Source: a bacterium (GTDB lineage: Bacteria > Bacillota > Clostridia > Christensenellales > UBA3700). Taken from it: a stretch of 64,000 nucleotides of DNA. Where the stretch lies: positions 5,398 through 69,397 of the forward strand of contig CAVAVP010000031.1 in assembly GCA_963592135.1 (NCBI GenBank), written 5' to 3'. The position numbers were made by a program, and so were the translations under genes. Positions within the stretch are counted from its first letter, which is position 1. Each line of letters begins with the position of its first letter. The notes beneath the pieces are model-generated. The model ran no database searches and was not told where the DNA came from. It was given only the letters and a program-made list of their open reading frames with translations. Positions 19,603 to 29,056 of this stretch are shown piece by piece.

Positions 19603-22600
19603 TGGTATATCGTGTGTATGTAGAAAAGAAAGAAGAACTAGCAAATGAAGCAAAAGCTCTTTTTGTAGAACTTACAAATATTTTAGGGATTAATGGTATT
19701 AGAAATGTAAGAATATTAAATCGTTACGATATAGAAAATGTTTCTAATGAATTATTTAAAGTAGCTGTAAAGAGTGTTTTTTCAGAACCACAATTAGATA
19801 TAGTAACTTATGATTTGCCAAAAGGTGACAATGTTTTTGCAACAGAGTTTTTGCCAGGGCAGTTTGATCAAAGAGCAGATTCTGCTGCACAATGTATACA
19901 GTTTATATCATGTGGAGAAAGACCACTAATTAGATCTGCCAAAGTATATGTTATTGATGGTAATGTGCAAGACGATAATATAAATAAAATTAAAAAATTT
20001 GTTATAAATCCAGTAGAGGCAAGGGAGGCTGCTTTAGATGTGCCAAAAACTCTTGTTATGAAATATAACATTCCAACACATGTTAAGGTTCTAGAAGGAT
20101 TTATAGACTATAAAGATAATGAGTTAAATGATTTTATTAACAGTAATGGTTTGGCTATGGACTTAGATGATATAAGATTCTGTAGAGATTATTTTAAATC
20201 AGAAAAAAGAAATCCAACAATTACTGAAATAAAGATGATAGATACATATTGGTCAGACCATTGTAGACATACAACGTTCTTAACAACAATAGATAGTGTT
20301 AAATTTGAAGATGAAATTTTGCAAAAAGCTTATGATGATTATATTGCAACAAGAAAAGAATTAAACAGAACAAAACCTATTAATTTAATGGATATAGGAA
20401 TATTGGCTGCAAAGTATTTAAAGAAAACTGGTCAATTAACAAAATTGGATGAGTCTGATGAAATTAACGCTTGTACGGTTAAAATTGAAATAGAAGTAGA
20501 TGGTAAAAAGGAACCTTGGCTTTTATTATTTAAAAATGAAACTCATAATCATCCAACTGAGATAGAACCTTTTGGTGGTGCGGCAACATGTATTGGGGGT
20601 GCTATAAGAGATCCTTTATCTGGAAGGTCTTATGTGTATGCTGCTATGCGTGTTACTGGAGCGGCGGATCCTACAGTTTCTATTCAAGACACAATAAAAG
20701 GTAAATTACCTCAAAGAAAAATAGTACAAACAGCAGCCGCAGGATACTCTTCTTATGGCAATCAAATTGGGCTAGCTACCGGTATGGTTGATGAGATTTA
20801 TCATCCTGGCTATGCAGCAAAGCGTATGGAAATTGGTGCAGTTATTGCAGCTACTCCTCAAGAGAATGTAAGAAGAGAATGTCCACAAGACGGTGATATA
20901 GTAATCTTGCTTGGTGGAAGGACAGGACGTGATGGAATAGGTGGAGCTACGGGATCATCTAAAGCACATAATGCAAAGTCTGTGGAAAATTGTGGTGCTG
21001 AAGTTCAAAAGGGTAATGCGCCAGAAGAAAGAAAGTTGCAAAGATTATTTAGAAATGAAAAAGCATGTAAAATGATTAAACGTTGTAACGACTTTGGAGC
21101 AGGTGGTGTATCGGTTGCAGTAGGAGAACTTGCAGATGGTTTAGATATTAATTTAGATGCGGTTCCTAAAAAATATGAGGGATTAGATGGAACAGAACTT
21201 GCTATTTCTGAATCGCAAGAAAGAATGGCAGTTGTAATTGAACCAAAGGATGTAAAAGAATTTATAAAAATTGCAACATCAGAAAATCTTGAAGCAAGTA
21301 TCGTTGCTAAAGTTACAAAAGAGCCTAGACTTAGAATGCATTGGAATGGAAATACTATAGTAGATATATCTAGAGAGTTTTTAAATTCTAATGGTGCAGA
21401 AAAACATATAGATATTAAGGCTAGTGCAAATAAAGAAATAAATAAAAAGATTGAAGGAGATTTTAAAACTAATTATGAAAAATTGCTAGGAGATCTTAAT
21501 ATTTGTTCAAAAAGAGGTTTATCTGAAAGATTTGACTCAACAATTGGCGCAGGAACAGTATTAATGCCTTTTGGCGGAAAGTATCAACTAACACCAATTC
21601 AAGCAATGGTACATAAAATATCTGTAGAAAAGAAGCATACAAATGATGTTTCCTTTATGTCTTGGGGATATAATCCTTATATAAGTTCAATATCCCCTTA
21701 TCATGGAGCATATTTGGCGGTTGTAGAGTCACTTGCAAAATTAATAGCAACGGGCGCAAAGTTTGAGGATGTTTATCTAACATTCCAAGAATATTTTGAA
21801 AAGCCTGGAAAAGATTCAGCAAGATGGGGTAAACCTCTTGCAGCTCTTTTAGGTGCTTTTGAGGCACAAAAGGATTTTGGAGTTGGTGCAATTGGTGGCA
21901 AGGATAGTATGAGTGGTAGCTTTGAAAAATTAGATGTTCCACCAACACTTGTTTCATTTGCAGTGACGACTGGTAAAGTAGATGAAGTAGTTACCAATGA
22001 ATTTAAAAAGAGTGGACATAAAGTAGTTCTAGTAAAGCCTGCTTATACAGATGAAAACTTACCAGATACAAATGATACAATTAAGAAGTTTGAATATGTT
22101 AATAGACTATGTAAGGAAGGTAAGGTATTTGCCGCCTACACATTAGGTATGGGAGGCATAGCAGAAGCCATTGCTAAAATGTGTATGGGTAATGGGTTTG
22201 GCTTTAAGTATTCTGATAAATTATCTATAGACGATATATTTAACTATGCATATGGTGCCTTTGTTTTAGAGGTTGAAGATGTGTCTTTAGGGGAATATAT
22301 AGGCGAAATTCAAGATGTTAAAAATATAGAATATAAAGATACTTCTCTAAGTTTTTCGTCTTTAAGTAAGATTTATGAATCAAAGCTTGAAGAAGTATTC
22401 CCAACTTTAGAAAAAGATTTAAATAAAAAGTATGAAGCATTCTCTTATGGCGAAGTTAAGTATGAAGCACCGAAAATTAAAAATGTTAAACCTAGAGTTT
22501 TAATTCCTGTATTCCCAGGAACTAACTGTGAATTAGACGCAGCAAAAGTTATGTTGGATGCAGGTGCTGAGACTGAGATTTTTGTTATTAATAACTTAAC

Positions 22601-23288
22601 AAAAGATGGGTTGTCTAGAAGTTTGGATAATTTTGAAAATTCAATAAAGAATTCTCAAATGATATTTATTCCAGGCGGTTTTAGTGGTGGTGATGAACCT
22701 GATGGATCAGCAAAGTTTATTATGGCATTCTTTAAAAATGAAGCTGTTAAAAATGCTGTTCATGATTTGTTAAATAACAGAGATGGGCTTATGTGTGGAA
22801 TTTGTAACGGATTCCAAGCTCTAATAAAATTAGGTTTAGTTCCTTATGGTAAAATAATAGACACTGATGAAAACTGCCCAACATTAACATTTAATACAAT
22901 TTCAAGACACCAATCTAAACTTGTTAGAACTCGAATAGCATCTAACAAATCTCCATGGTTGAGACAAACAAATGTAGGGGATATATATACAGTTGCAATT
23001 TCGCATGGTGAGGGAAGATTTATAGCGAGCGATGAACTTGTTAAAAAACTCGTTCAAAATGGCCAGGTAGCAACTCAATATGTTGATTTAGATGGTAATC
23101 CTACTGATGATATTAGATTTAATCCTAATAATTCTATGTACGCAATTGAAGGTATAACATCTCCTGATGGTAGAGTATTTGGAAAAATGGGACATAGTGA
23201 GAGAATAGGTAGTGGTTTATATAAGAATGTTGAAGGAATTTATGACATGAAGATGTTTGAATCTGCTGTAAAATATTTCAAAGAATAA
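19602..23288 (+). CDS. purL: FGAM synthase, large single-chain form (synthetase plus glutaminase domains)
   Basis: 1228 aa. ETHNHPTEIEPFGGAATC..., and a C-terminal triad glutaminase (GICNGFQ, HGEGR). TAATG overlap with purD. Confidence 0.9.
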   Translation: MVYRVYVEKKEELANEAKALFVELTNILGINGIRNVRILNRYDIENVSNELFKVAVKSVFSEPQLDIVTYDLPKGDNVFATEFLPGQFDQRADSAAQCIQFISCGERPLIRSAKVYVIDGNVQDDNINKIKKFVINPVEAREAALDVPKTLVMKYNIPTHVKVLEGFIDYKDNELNDFINSNGLAMDLDDIRFCRDYFKSEKRNPTITEIKMIDTYWSDHCRHTTFLTTIDSVKFEDEILQKAYDDYIATRKELNRTKPINLMDIGILAAKYLKKTGQLTKLDESDEINACTVKIEIEVDGKKEPWLLLFKNETHNHPTEIEPFGGAATCIGGAIRDPLSGRSYVYAAMRVTGAADPTVSIQDTIKGKLPQRKIVQTAAAGYSSYGNQIGLATGMVDEIYHPGYAAKRMEIGAVIAATPQENVRRECPQDGDIVILLGGRTGRDGIGGATGSSKAHNAKSVENCGAEVQKGNAPEERKLQRLFRNEKACKMIKRCNDFGAGGVSVAVGELADGLDINLDAVPKKYEGLDGTELAISESQERMAVVIEPKDVKEFIKIATSENLEASIVAKVTKEPRLRMHWNGNTIVDISREFLNSNGAEKHIDIKASANKEINKKIEGDFKTNYEKLLGDLNICSKRGLSERFDSTIGAGTVLMPFGGKYQLTPIQAMVHKISVEKKHTNDVSFMSWGYNPYISSISPYHGAYLAVVESLAKLIATGAKFEDVYLTFQEYFEKPGKDSARWGKPLAALLGAFEAQKDFGVGAIGGKDSMSGSFEKLDVPPTLVSFAVTTGKVDEVVTNEFKKSGHKVVLVKPAYTDENLPDTNDTIKKFEYVNRLCKEGKVFAAYTLGMGGIAEAIAKMCMGNGFGFKYSDKLSIDDIFNYAYGAFVLEVEDVSLGEYIGEIQDVKNIEYKDTSLSFSSLSKIYESKLEEVFPTLEKDLNKKYEAFSYGEVKYEAPKIKNVKPRVLIPVFPGTNCELDAAKVMLDAGAETEIFVINNLTKDGLSRSLDNFENSIKNSQMIFIPGGFSGGDEPDGSAKFIMAFFKNEAVKNAVHDLLNNRDGLMCGICNGFQALIKLGLVPYGKIIDTDENCPTLTFNTISRHQSKLVRTRIASNKSPWLRQTNVGDIYTVAISHGEGRFIASDELVKKLVQNGQVATQYVDLDGNPTDDIRFNPNNSMYAIEGITSPDGRVFGKMGHSERIGSGLYKNVEGIYDMKMFESAVKYFKE

Positions 23289-23314
23289 AATAAAAAATAA
23301 AATGCAAATATATA

Positions 23315-23342
23315 TTGACAATATACCCCACCGGGGTATATT
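23315..23342 (+). promoter_or_regulatory. cop promoter with embedded CsoR operator
   Basis: TTGACA (23315-20), 16 nt spacer, TATATT (23337-42). The spacer is the perfect inverted repeat ATATACCCC-acc-GGGGTATAT (23321-41), a CsoR-type GC-tract operator. Confidence 0.7.
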
Positions 23343-23362
23343 TTTTTATATGAGGTAATAAC

Positions 23363-23656
23363 ATGGCTTGTGATAAATGTAATAAAAAAACAAAGATAAG
23401 AAGCGAAGAAGAAAAAAAACTATTAAAAAACAGAATAAGTAGAATTTCTGGGCAAGTTAATGGTATTTCTAAAATGATTGATGAGGATAGATATTGTGAT
23501 GATATTTTAATTCAATTAGCATCTTTAGAAAAAACGATAAAGTCTCTAGCGTCCGTTGTTCTCGAGAACCATATGAAGTCTTGTATGGTTGAGGATATTA
23601 AAGAGGGAAAACTAGATGTTGTGGATGAGATAGTAGATCTTTTCAAGAGGTTTTAG
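23363..23656 (+). CDS. csoR: CsoR-family copper-sensing repressor
   Basis: 97 aa. RISGQVNGI..M, with the C...H...C ligand pattern (RYCDDIL...ENHMKSC). Confidence 0.85.
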   Translation: MACDKCNKKTKIRSEEEKKLLKNRISRISGQVNGISKMIDEDRYCDDILIQLASLEKTIKSLASVVLENHMKSCMVEDIKEGKLDVVDEIVDLFKRF

Positions 23657-26116
23657 ATGAAAAAAAGATTTGACATAAAAGGAATGAGTTGTGCAGCATG
23701 TCAAGCTCATGTACAAAAAGCAGTTTCTAAGTTGGAAGGAATAAATAATTGTAATGTAAATTTGCTTCAGAATACTATGGATGTAGATTTTAATGAGTCT
23801 ACATGCTCAATAGAAATAATTGAAAAAGCAGTAAAAGAGGCAGGATATTTAGCACAACTTCCTAAGAAAGAAAAATTAACACAAAAAAAAGACTATGAGT
23901 TAATAAAATTATTATCTTGCGTTAGTCTTTTACTTGTAATGATGTATTTTTCTATGGGGAATATGATGTGGGGGTGGCCTGCGCCCAATTTTTTTGATCA
24001 TCAAAAAAGTCCTATAGGCTTTACTTTAATTCAACTTGTTTTGGTAGTTCCAATTATTGTTATATATAGAAAATACTATATATCTGGATATAAAAAATTA
24101 TTTAAAGGTGCACCAAACATGGACACATTAATAGCAGTAGGTTCAACTGCTGCGATATTCTATGGTATATATGCTTTTATAATGATATGTTTAGGACATA
24201 CAGAGTATCATGACCAGTTATATATAGAATCTGCAGGTATGATTTTAACGCTTGTAAGTGTAGGAAAATATTTAGAGGGATTGTCTAAAAAGAAAACAAC
24301 TAAAGCAATAACTAAATTAATGGATTTAAGACCTAAAAAAGCTGTAGTTTTATTTAATGGAAAGGAAACAGATGTCTTGATTGAAGATGTTAAAATAGAT
24401 GATATTGTTGTTGTAAAGAAAGGTGAGTCTGTTCCTGTTGATGGAGTTATAGTTGAAGGAAGTGCATCATTTGATCAATCAAATATAACAGGAGAATCAA
24501 TTCCTGTATATAAAAAAATAGACGATGAAGTTTTTTCTTCGACAATTATAACTTCGGGTTATGTAAAAATTAAAGCCACTAAAGTTGGAGATGATACATC
24601 AATTTCTACAATAATAAAATTGGTAGAAGAAGCGTCAAATTCTAAAGCTCCAATATCTAAACTTGCAGATAAAATATCTGGGGTATTCGTTCCAGTTATT
24701 TTTGGAATTTCTATTTTTTCTTTAATAATTAACTTGCTTTTAAAAACCCCATTTGAAAATGCATTAAATTGGGCAATTACGGTTGTAGTTATAGCTTGTC
24801 CCTGTGCGCTTGGCTTAGCTACTCCTGTTGCTGTAATGGTTGGAACAGGAAAAGGGGCTGAAAATGGACTTTTAATAAAGAATGCTGAAATTTTAGAGAA
24901 TGCACACCTTATTAAAACCGTTGTTTTAGATAAGACGGGAACAATAACGGAAGGAAAACCAAAGGTTGTAGATTATGTAAAAGTAAATGAAGATAAACAT
25001 GTTATTGACTACATTTATTCATTAGAAAACAAATCTGAGCATCCACTTGCTTTGGCGCTAATAGAATACGCTAAAGAAAATAATGCTAAAGAGATAGGTG
25101 TTATGAATTTTAATTCGATTGAGGGCGAGGGTATTCAAGGCATTATAAATGACCATAAAATTTGTATAGGTAATTCAAAATTGATAAAAGTAAATGAAAA
25201 TATAAATGAAAAAATTAAAGAGTTATCTCTTGAGGGAAAAACACCACTTTTAATATCCAAAGATGACATTGTTTTAGGAATAATGGCTATAAAAGATAAT
25301 GTTAAAGAGAACTCAAAAGAGGCTATTAAACTATTAATGGATAGGGGAATTAATGTTGTAATGTTAACTGGAGATAATGAAAATACTGCATTAAAAATTG
25401 CAAGTGAGGTAGGAATTAAAGATGTTATCTCTAATGTATACCCACAAGATAAACAAAAGGTAATTAATTCTTTAAAGAAAGATAGTAAGCATTTAGTTGC
25501 AATGGTAGGCGATGGAGTTAATGATGCTTTAGCATTAACAAGTGCTGATATAGGAATTGCAATAGGAGGAGGTTCAGATATAGCATTGGAATCTTCAGAT
25601 ATAGTACTTTTGAGAAATGATCTAATGGATGTATTAAATGTTATAAGTTTAAGTAAAAGAACATTAAATACAATAAAGGGTGGATTGTTCTGGGCATTTT
25701 TCTATAATACAGTGTGTGTGTTATTTGCAACAGGATTTTTCTCATATATAAATCCAAATTTGGTAATAAACCCAATGATAGGATCCATAGCCATGAGTAT
25801 ATCTAGCGTATCAGTTGTATTAAACGCATTAACAATTAATCTATTTAATGTTAAGAAAACTAATGTAAATCAAAATATTGAAATAACTAATAGTAAGAAG
25901 GAGGAGTGTAAAATGAAAGAATTTACAATAAATATAGAAGGTATGATGTGTAAACATTGTGTTGCACACGTTGAGGAGGCTTGTAAATCTATAGAGAATG
26001 TTATGGATGCTAAAGCTTCGCTTGAGAATAAAAATGTAGTTGTATATTATGAGACATCTGTTGATGAAACAATCGTTAAAAAAGCAATAGAAAAAGCAGG
26101 ATACGAGGTAAAATAA
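23657..26116 (+). CDS. copA: Cu(I)-translocating P1B-type ATPase with N-terminal and C-terminal HMA domains
   Basis: GMSCAACQAHV (N-terminal HMA), TGES, CPCALGLATP, DKTGT, GDGVNDA, and a second HMA at the C-terminus (GMMCKHCVAHV). Confidence 0.9.
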   Translation: MKKRFDIKGMSCAACQAHVQKAVSKLEGINNCNVNLLQNTMDVDFNESTCSIEIIEKAVKEAGYLAQLPKKEKLTQKKDYELIKLLSCVSLLLVMMYFSMGNMMWGWPAPNFFDHQKSPIGFTLIQLVLVVPIIVIYRKYYISGYKKLFKGAPNMDTLIAVGSTAAIFYGIYAFIMICLGHTEYHDQLYIESAGMILTLVSVGKYLEGLSKKKTTKAITKLMDLRPKKAVVLFNGKETDVLIEDVKIDDIVVVKKGESVPVDGVIVEGSASFDQSNITGESIPVYKKIDDEVFSSTIITSGYVKIKATKVGDDTSISTIIKLVEEASNSKAPISKLADKISGVFVPVIFGISIFSLIINLLLKTPFENALNWAITVVVIACPCALGLATPVAVMVGTGKGAENGLLIKNAEILENAHLIKTVVLDKTGTITEGKPKVVDYVKVNEDKHVIDYIYSLENKSEHPLALALIEYAKENNAKEIGVMNFNSIEGEGIQGIINDHKICIGNSKLIKVNENINEKIKELSLEGKTPLLISKDDIVLGIMAIKDNVKENSKEAIKLLMDRGINVVMLTGDNENTALKIASEVGIKDVISNVYPQDKQKVINSLKKDSKHLVAMVGDGVNDALALTSADIGIAIGGGSDIALESSDIVLLRNDLMDVLNVISLSKRTLNTIKGGLFWAFFYNTVCVLFATGFFSYINPNLVINPMIGSIAMSISSVSVVLNALTINLFNVKKTNVNQNIEITNSKKEECKMKEFTINIEGMMCKHCVAHVEEACKSIENVMDAKASLENKNVVVYYETSVDETIVKKAIEKAGYEVK

Positions 26117-26117
26117 T

Positions 26118-26378
26118 ATGTTAAAAGTTACTTTAAAAATAGATGGTATGATGTGTGGAATGTGCGAGGCACATGTAAACGATGTTGTAAGAAAAATAGT
26201 TAATCCAAAATCTGTAAAATCTTCAGCAGCAAAAAATGAAACGGTTATAATTTGTGAAAACAAAATTGATGAAGAAGCATTAAAGAAGGGAATCAAAGAA
26301 ACAGGGTATAAGGTTTTATCTATAAGCACTGAAGAGTATATAAAAGAGAATTTTTTCAAGAGAATATTTAAAAAGTAA
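26118..26378 (+). CDS. copZ: Copper chaperone-like HMA domain protein
   Basis: 86 aa with GMMCGMCEAHV. The start is 1 nt after the copA stop. Confidence 0.75.
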   Translation: MLKVTLKIDGMMCGMCEAHVNDVVRKIVNPKSVKSSAAKNETVIICENKIDEEALKKGIKETGYKVLSISTEEYIKENFFKRIFKK

Positions 26379-26386
26379 AAAACATC

Positions 26387-26410
26387 GGGGTGATTATCAC
26401 CCCCGTTTTA
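26387..26410. terminator. Bidirectional terminator between the convergent cop and cad operons
   Basis: GGGGTGAT-t-ATCACCCC hairpin, with an A-run before and GTTTT after. Confidence 0.65.
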
Positions 26411-26412
26411 AG

Positions 26413-28338
26413 TTATTTTATATATTTTGAGTTTGCTCGCATTGCGTTTAATATACAAAGTATAGCAACGCCAACATCTCCAAAAACAGAGATATACATC
26501 ATATATGGAATTGTAAAGATGGCTGCAATTAGCATGATTGCTATTTTTACACCTATTGCAAAAGCAATATTTTCAAAAACTAGTCGCATAGTTTTCTTAG
26601 CAATCTTTTTAGAAAGAGGAATGCCTTTTAAATCATCATGCATTAAAACAATATCTGATGCTTCAATTGCTGCATCTGAGCCAACGCCTCCCATAGCTAT
26701 ACCAATATCAGAACGCATTAATACTGGTGCATCGTTAATTCCATCTCCGACAAAACACAATACATCATTCTTGTTTTTGTTGTTTAAAAGATTTTCTACT
26801 TCTTCAACCTTGTTTTGTGGAAGAAGTGAAGCTTTATAAGATGTAAGTCCTAATTGTTTAGCTACATGAGAAGCTATTTTTTCATTGTCGCCTGTTAACA
26901 TAATAGTTTTACATCCCATAGAATTAAGTGCCGTAATCATCTCTCTAGATTCTTGTTTAATTTCATCAGAAATAAGAATAGAACCTATAAACTCTCCGTT
27001 GTGTGCGACATAAATTATTGTTCCAATATCTTCTTCGTTTGTGTATTTTATATTGTTATCTTCCATTAATTTATTATTACCACAAAGAATTATATCGTCA
27101 TTAAATACTGCTTTAATTCCTGAACCAGCAATGTTAGTAAGTGTATATTTATTATCTTCATTTTTTCCGTATGCTTGAATTATGGATTTAGCAATAGGGT
27201 GAGAGGAATCTTTTTCTGCAATTGCAGCAAGTTTTAATATTTCTTCCTTTTTGTTTTCAGGTAAAATCTTTGTTACTGCAAAATTTCCTTTAGTTAATGT
27301 TCCAGTTTTATCAAAAACGAATATATTAGCATTATTTAAATTTTCAAGATAAGAAGAACCCTTTACTAAAATTCCATATTTCGAAGCAGCTCCTATTCCC
27401 GCAAAGAATGATAGAGGAATTGATATAACTAATGCACAAGGACAAGACACAACAAGGAAGTTTAATGCTTTGTAAATCCAAGTTGCTGGATCTTTTGTTA
27501 TAATGCTAGGAATTATTGCAAGAAGTGCAGCTGCACCTACAACGCTTGGAGTGTAATATCTTGAGAATTTTGTTATAAAGTTTTCCGCTTTAGATTTTTG
27601 CTCTGATGCGTTTTCTACAAGGTTTAAAATTTTAGAGACAGTAGAGTCATAAAAGGCTTTATTTGTTTTAACTTTTATTGTAGATGTGATATTTACACAA
27701 CCACTTATAACTTCCATGCCGCAAACGATGTCTCTTGGAAGTGATTCTCCTGTTAAAGCTCTTGTATCTAGTGTTGTAACTCCTTCGACAACAACGCCAT
27801 CAAGAGGTATTTTTTCACCTGGTTTTACTACAATAATATCTCCTACATTTACTTCTTCTGGATCAACTTCTTCAATTTCTCCATTTTCTTTAAGGATATT
27901 TGCTACATCAGGTCTAATGTCCATTAAAGAAGAAATAGATTGTCTAGATTTTCCAACTGCATATCCTTGGAACCATTCGCCTACTTGATAGAATATTAAA
28001 ACAGCACACGCTTCATCAAAGCCTTCAATTTCTTCCCCTTTAATTGCAGTTATAATTCCCAAAGCAAAAGCGCCGATTGTTGATATACACATCAAGAAGT
28101 TTTCATCTAATAATTGTCCATGAATAATATTTAAAAAGGCTTTTCTTAAAACGTCATATCCAATATAGATGTAGACTGCAAGGAATAATGCAAAAGGAAT
28201 TAGCCAACACCAATTAGTATTGAATAGAGAATTAAAAGTACTTGCAAGGTCTATAGTTTTATCTACGATTAATAAAACAAGATAACAAACAAGTGCTATA
28301 CAAATTCTAATGAGTTGTTTCTTTTGTTTTTTCGTCAT
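26413..28338 (-). CDS. cadA: Cd/Zn/Pb-type P1B ATPase core (no fused metal-binding domain)
   Basis: 641 aa. TGES, SCPCALVISIP, FDKTGTLT, GDGINDAP. It is co-operonic with an ArsR/CadC-like repressor. Confidence 0.8.
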   Translation of the reverse strand: MTKKQKKQLIRICIALVCYLVLLIVDKTIDLASTFNSLFNTNWCWLIPFALFLAVYIYIGYDVLRKAFLNIIHGQLLDENFLMCISTIGAFALGIITAIKGEEIEGFDEACAVLIFYQVGEWFQGYAVGKSRQSISSLMDIRPDVANILKENGEIEEVDPEEVNVGDIIVVKPGEKIPLDGVVVEGVTTLDTRALTGESLPRDIVCGMEVISGCVNITSTIKVKTNKAFYDSTVSKILNLVENASEQKSKAENFITKFSRYYTPSVVGAAALLAIIPSIITKDPATWIYKALNFLVVSCPCALVISIPLSFFAGIGAASKYGILVKGSSYLENLNNANIFVFDKTGTLTKGNFAVTKILPENKKEEILKLAAIAEKDSSHPIAKSIIQAYGKNEDNKYTLTNIAGSGIKAVFNDDIILCGNNKLMEDNNIKYTNEEDIGTIIYVAHNGEFIGSILISDEIKQESREMITALNSMGCKTIMLTGDNEKIASHVAKQLGLTSYKASLLPQNKVEEVENLLNNKNKNDVLCFVGDGINDAPVLMRSDIGIAMGGVGSDAAIEASDIVLMHDDLKGIPLSKKIAKKTMRLVFENIAFAIGVKIAIMLIAAIFTIPYMMYISVFGDVGVAILCILNAMRANSKYIK

Positions 28339-28340
28339 AA

Positions 28341-28559
28341 TTAACCTTCAATTTCAAAATCTGGTTCCACTTTTCTCGCTACTTTTAAAACATCAGGTAA
28401 GATTTTGTTAACATCTATAGAGTCTTCTACTTCAAGTTTCATTGTTTGATTAATGAAGTTTACTTTGGCATCTTTAATAACATCCATTTTCTTAACAGCA
28501 TCTTCTACTTTTTGTGCACATACAGCACAATCTACTTCAATTTTAAATTTTTTTATCAT
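28341..28559 (-). CDS. Stand-alone HMA metal-binding domain protein (split-off CadA N-terminal domain)
   Basis: 72 aa with CAVCAQKVE (CxxC) and its own AAGGAG RBS. The stop lies 2 nt before the cadA ATG, in a different frame. Confidence 0.75.
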   Translation of the reverse strand: MIKKFKIEVDCAVCAQKVEDAVKKMDVIKDAKVNFINQTMKLEVEDSIDVNKILPDVLKVARKVEPDFEIEG

Positions 28560-28585
28560 AATAAAATCTCCTTTATATTAAATAT

Positions 28586-28945
28586 TTATTTTTCATTAAT
28601 GTGTTCAAGTCCACTTTCAAATATCTTTGAAACATGGTCATCATCTAGAGAATAAAAAACTTCTTTCCCAGATTTTCTAGATTTAACAAGTTTTGTTTGT
28701 CTTAAAATTCTTAATTGGTGCGAAACCGCTGATTTTGTCATATTTAAGCATTTTGCAATATCACATACGCAAAGCTCACTAATTTCAAGACAACTTAAAA
28801 TTTTAGTTCTTGTGGAGTCACCAAAAACTTTAAATAATTCTGCTAGATCGTAAATAGTATCATCATCAGGCAATTTCGCCATAACCTGATTTACTAAATT
28901 TTCATGTACGCATTCATCTGCACATTCAAATTCTTTGTCTTCCAT
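28586..28945 (-). CDS. cadC: ArsR/SmtB-family metalloregulator, CadC-like
   Basis: ELCVCDIAKCLNMTKSAVSHQLRIL (alpha3 CVC plus HTH) and N-terminal CADEC cysteines. Start moved to the ATG at 28945 (AAAGGAG 6 nt upstream) from the track start at 28984. Confidence 0.75.
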   Translation of the reverse strand: MEDKEFECADECVHENLVNQVMAKLPDDDTIYDLAELFKVFGDSTRTKILSCLEISELCVCDIAKCLNMTKSAVSHQLRILRQTKLVKSRKSGKEVFYSLDDDHVSKIFESGLEHINEK

Positions 28946-28968
28946 TTGTATCTCCTTTGATTGAATAG

Positions 28969-28984
28969 TTGAATAATTGTTCAA
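28969..28984 (-). promoter_or_regulatory. ArsR/SmtB-type operator
   Basis: The minus strand reads TTGAACAATTATTCAA, matching the TGAACA-N-TATTCA core of SmtB/CzrA/CadC 12-2-12 operators. It lies between the -10 and the RBS of cadC. Confidence 0.6.
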
Positions 28985-28995
28985 CTAATGATTTA

Positions 28996-29023
28996 ATTAT
29001 AACTCTTTATTTACCAATGTCAA
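28996..29023 (-). promoter_or_regulatory. cad operon promoter (consensus)
   Basis: Minus strand: TTGACA, 16 nt spacer, TATAAT. Confidence 0.65.
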
Positions 29024-29039
29024 TAAAAAATGATATAAT
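29011..29039 (+). promoter_or_regulatory. Divergent promoter for the PHP-domain gene (extended -10)
   Basis: TTACCA, 17 nt spacer, TGaTATAAT. It overlaps the cad promoter back to back. Confidence 0.45.
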
Positions 29040-29056
29040 TTTTTAAGGAAATAAAT

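Noticed and set aside
25841-26839. Long antisense ORFs (172 aa on the minus strand over copA/copZ; 149 aa on the plus strand over cadA)
   Set aside because: They lie entirely opposite strongly motif-supported P-type ATPase genes. They have low-complexity hydrophobic, Ile/Phe/Ser-rich composition and no RBS. This is typical of frame shadows in AT-rich DNA.
28336-28345. The HMA/cadA junction as a frameshifted pseudogene
   Set aside because: The downstream ATG has its own GAAGG SD, the two frames differ by +2 with stops in the connecting frame, and both ORFs are otherwise intact. I treat it as a natural split; read-level confirmation is still advisable.
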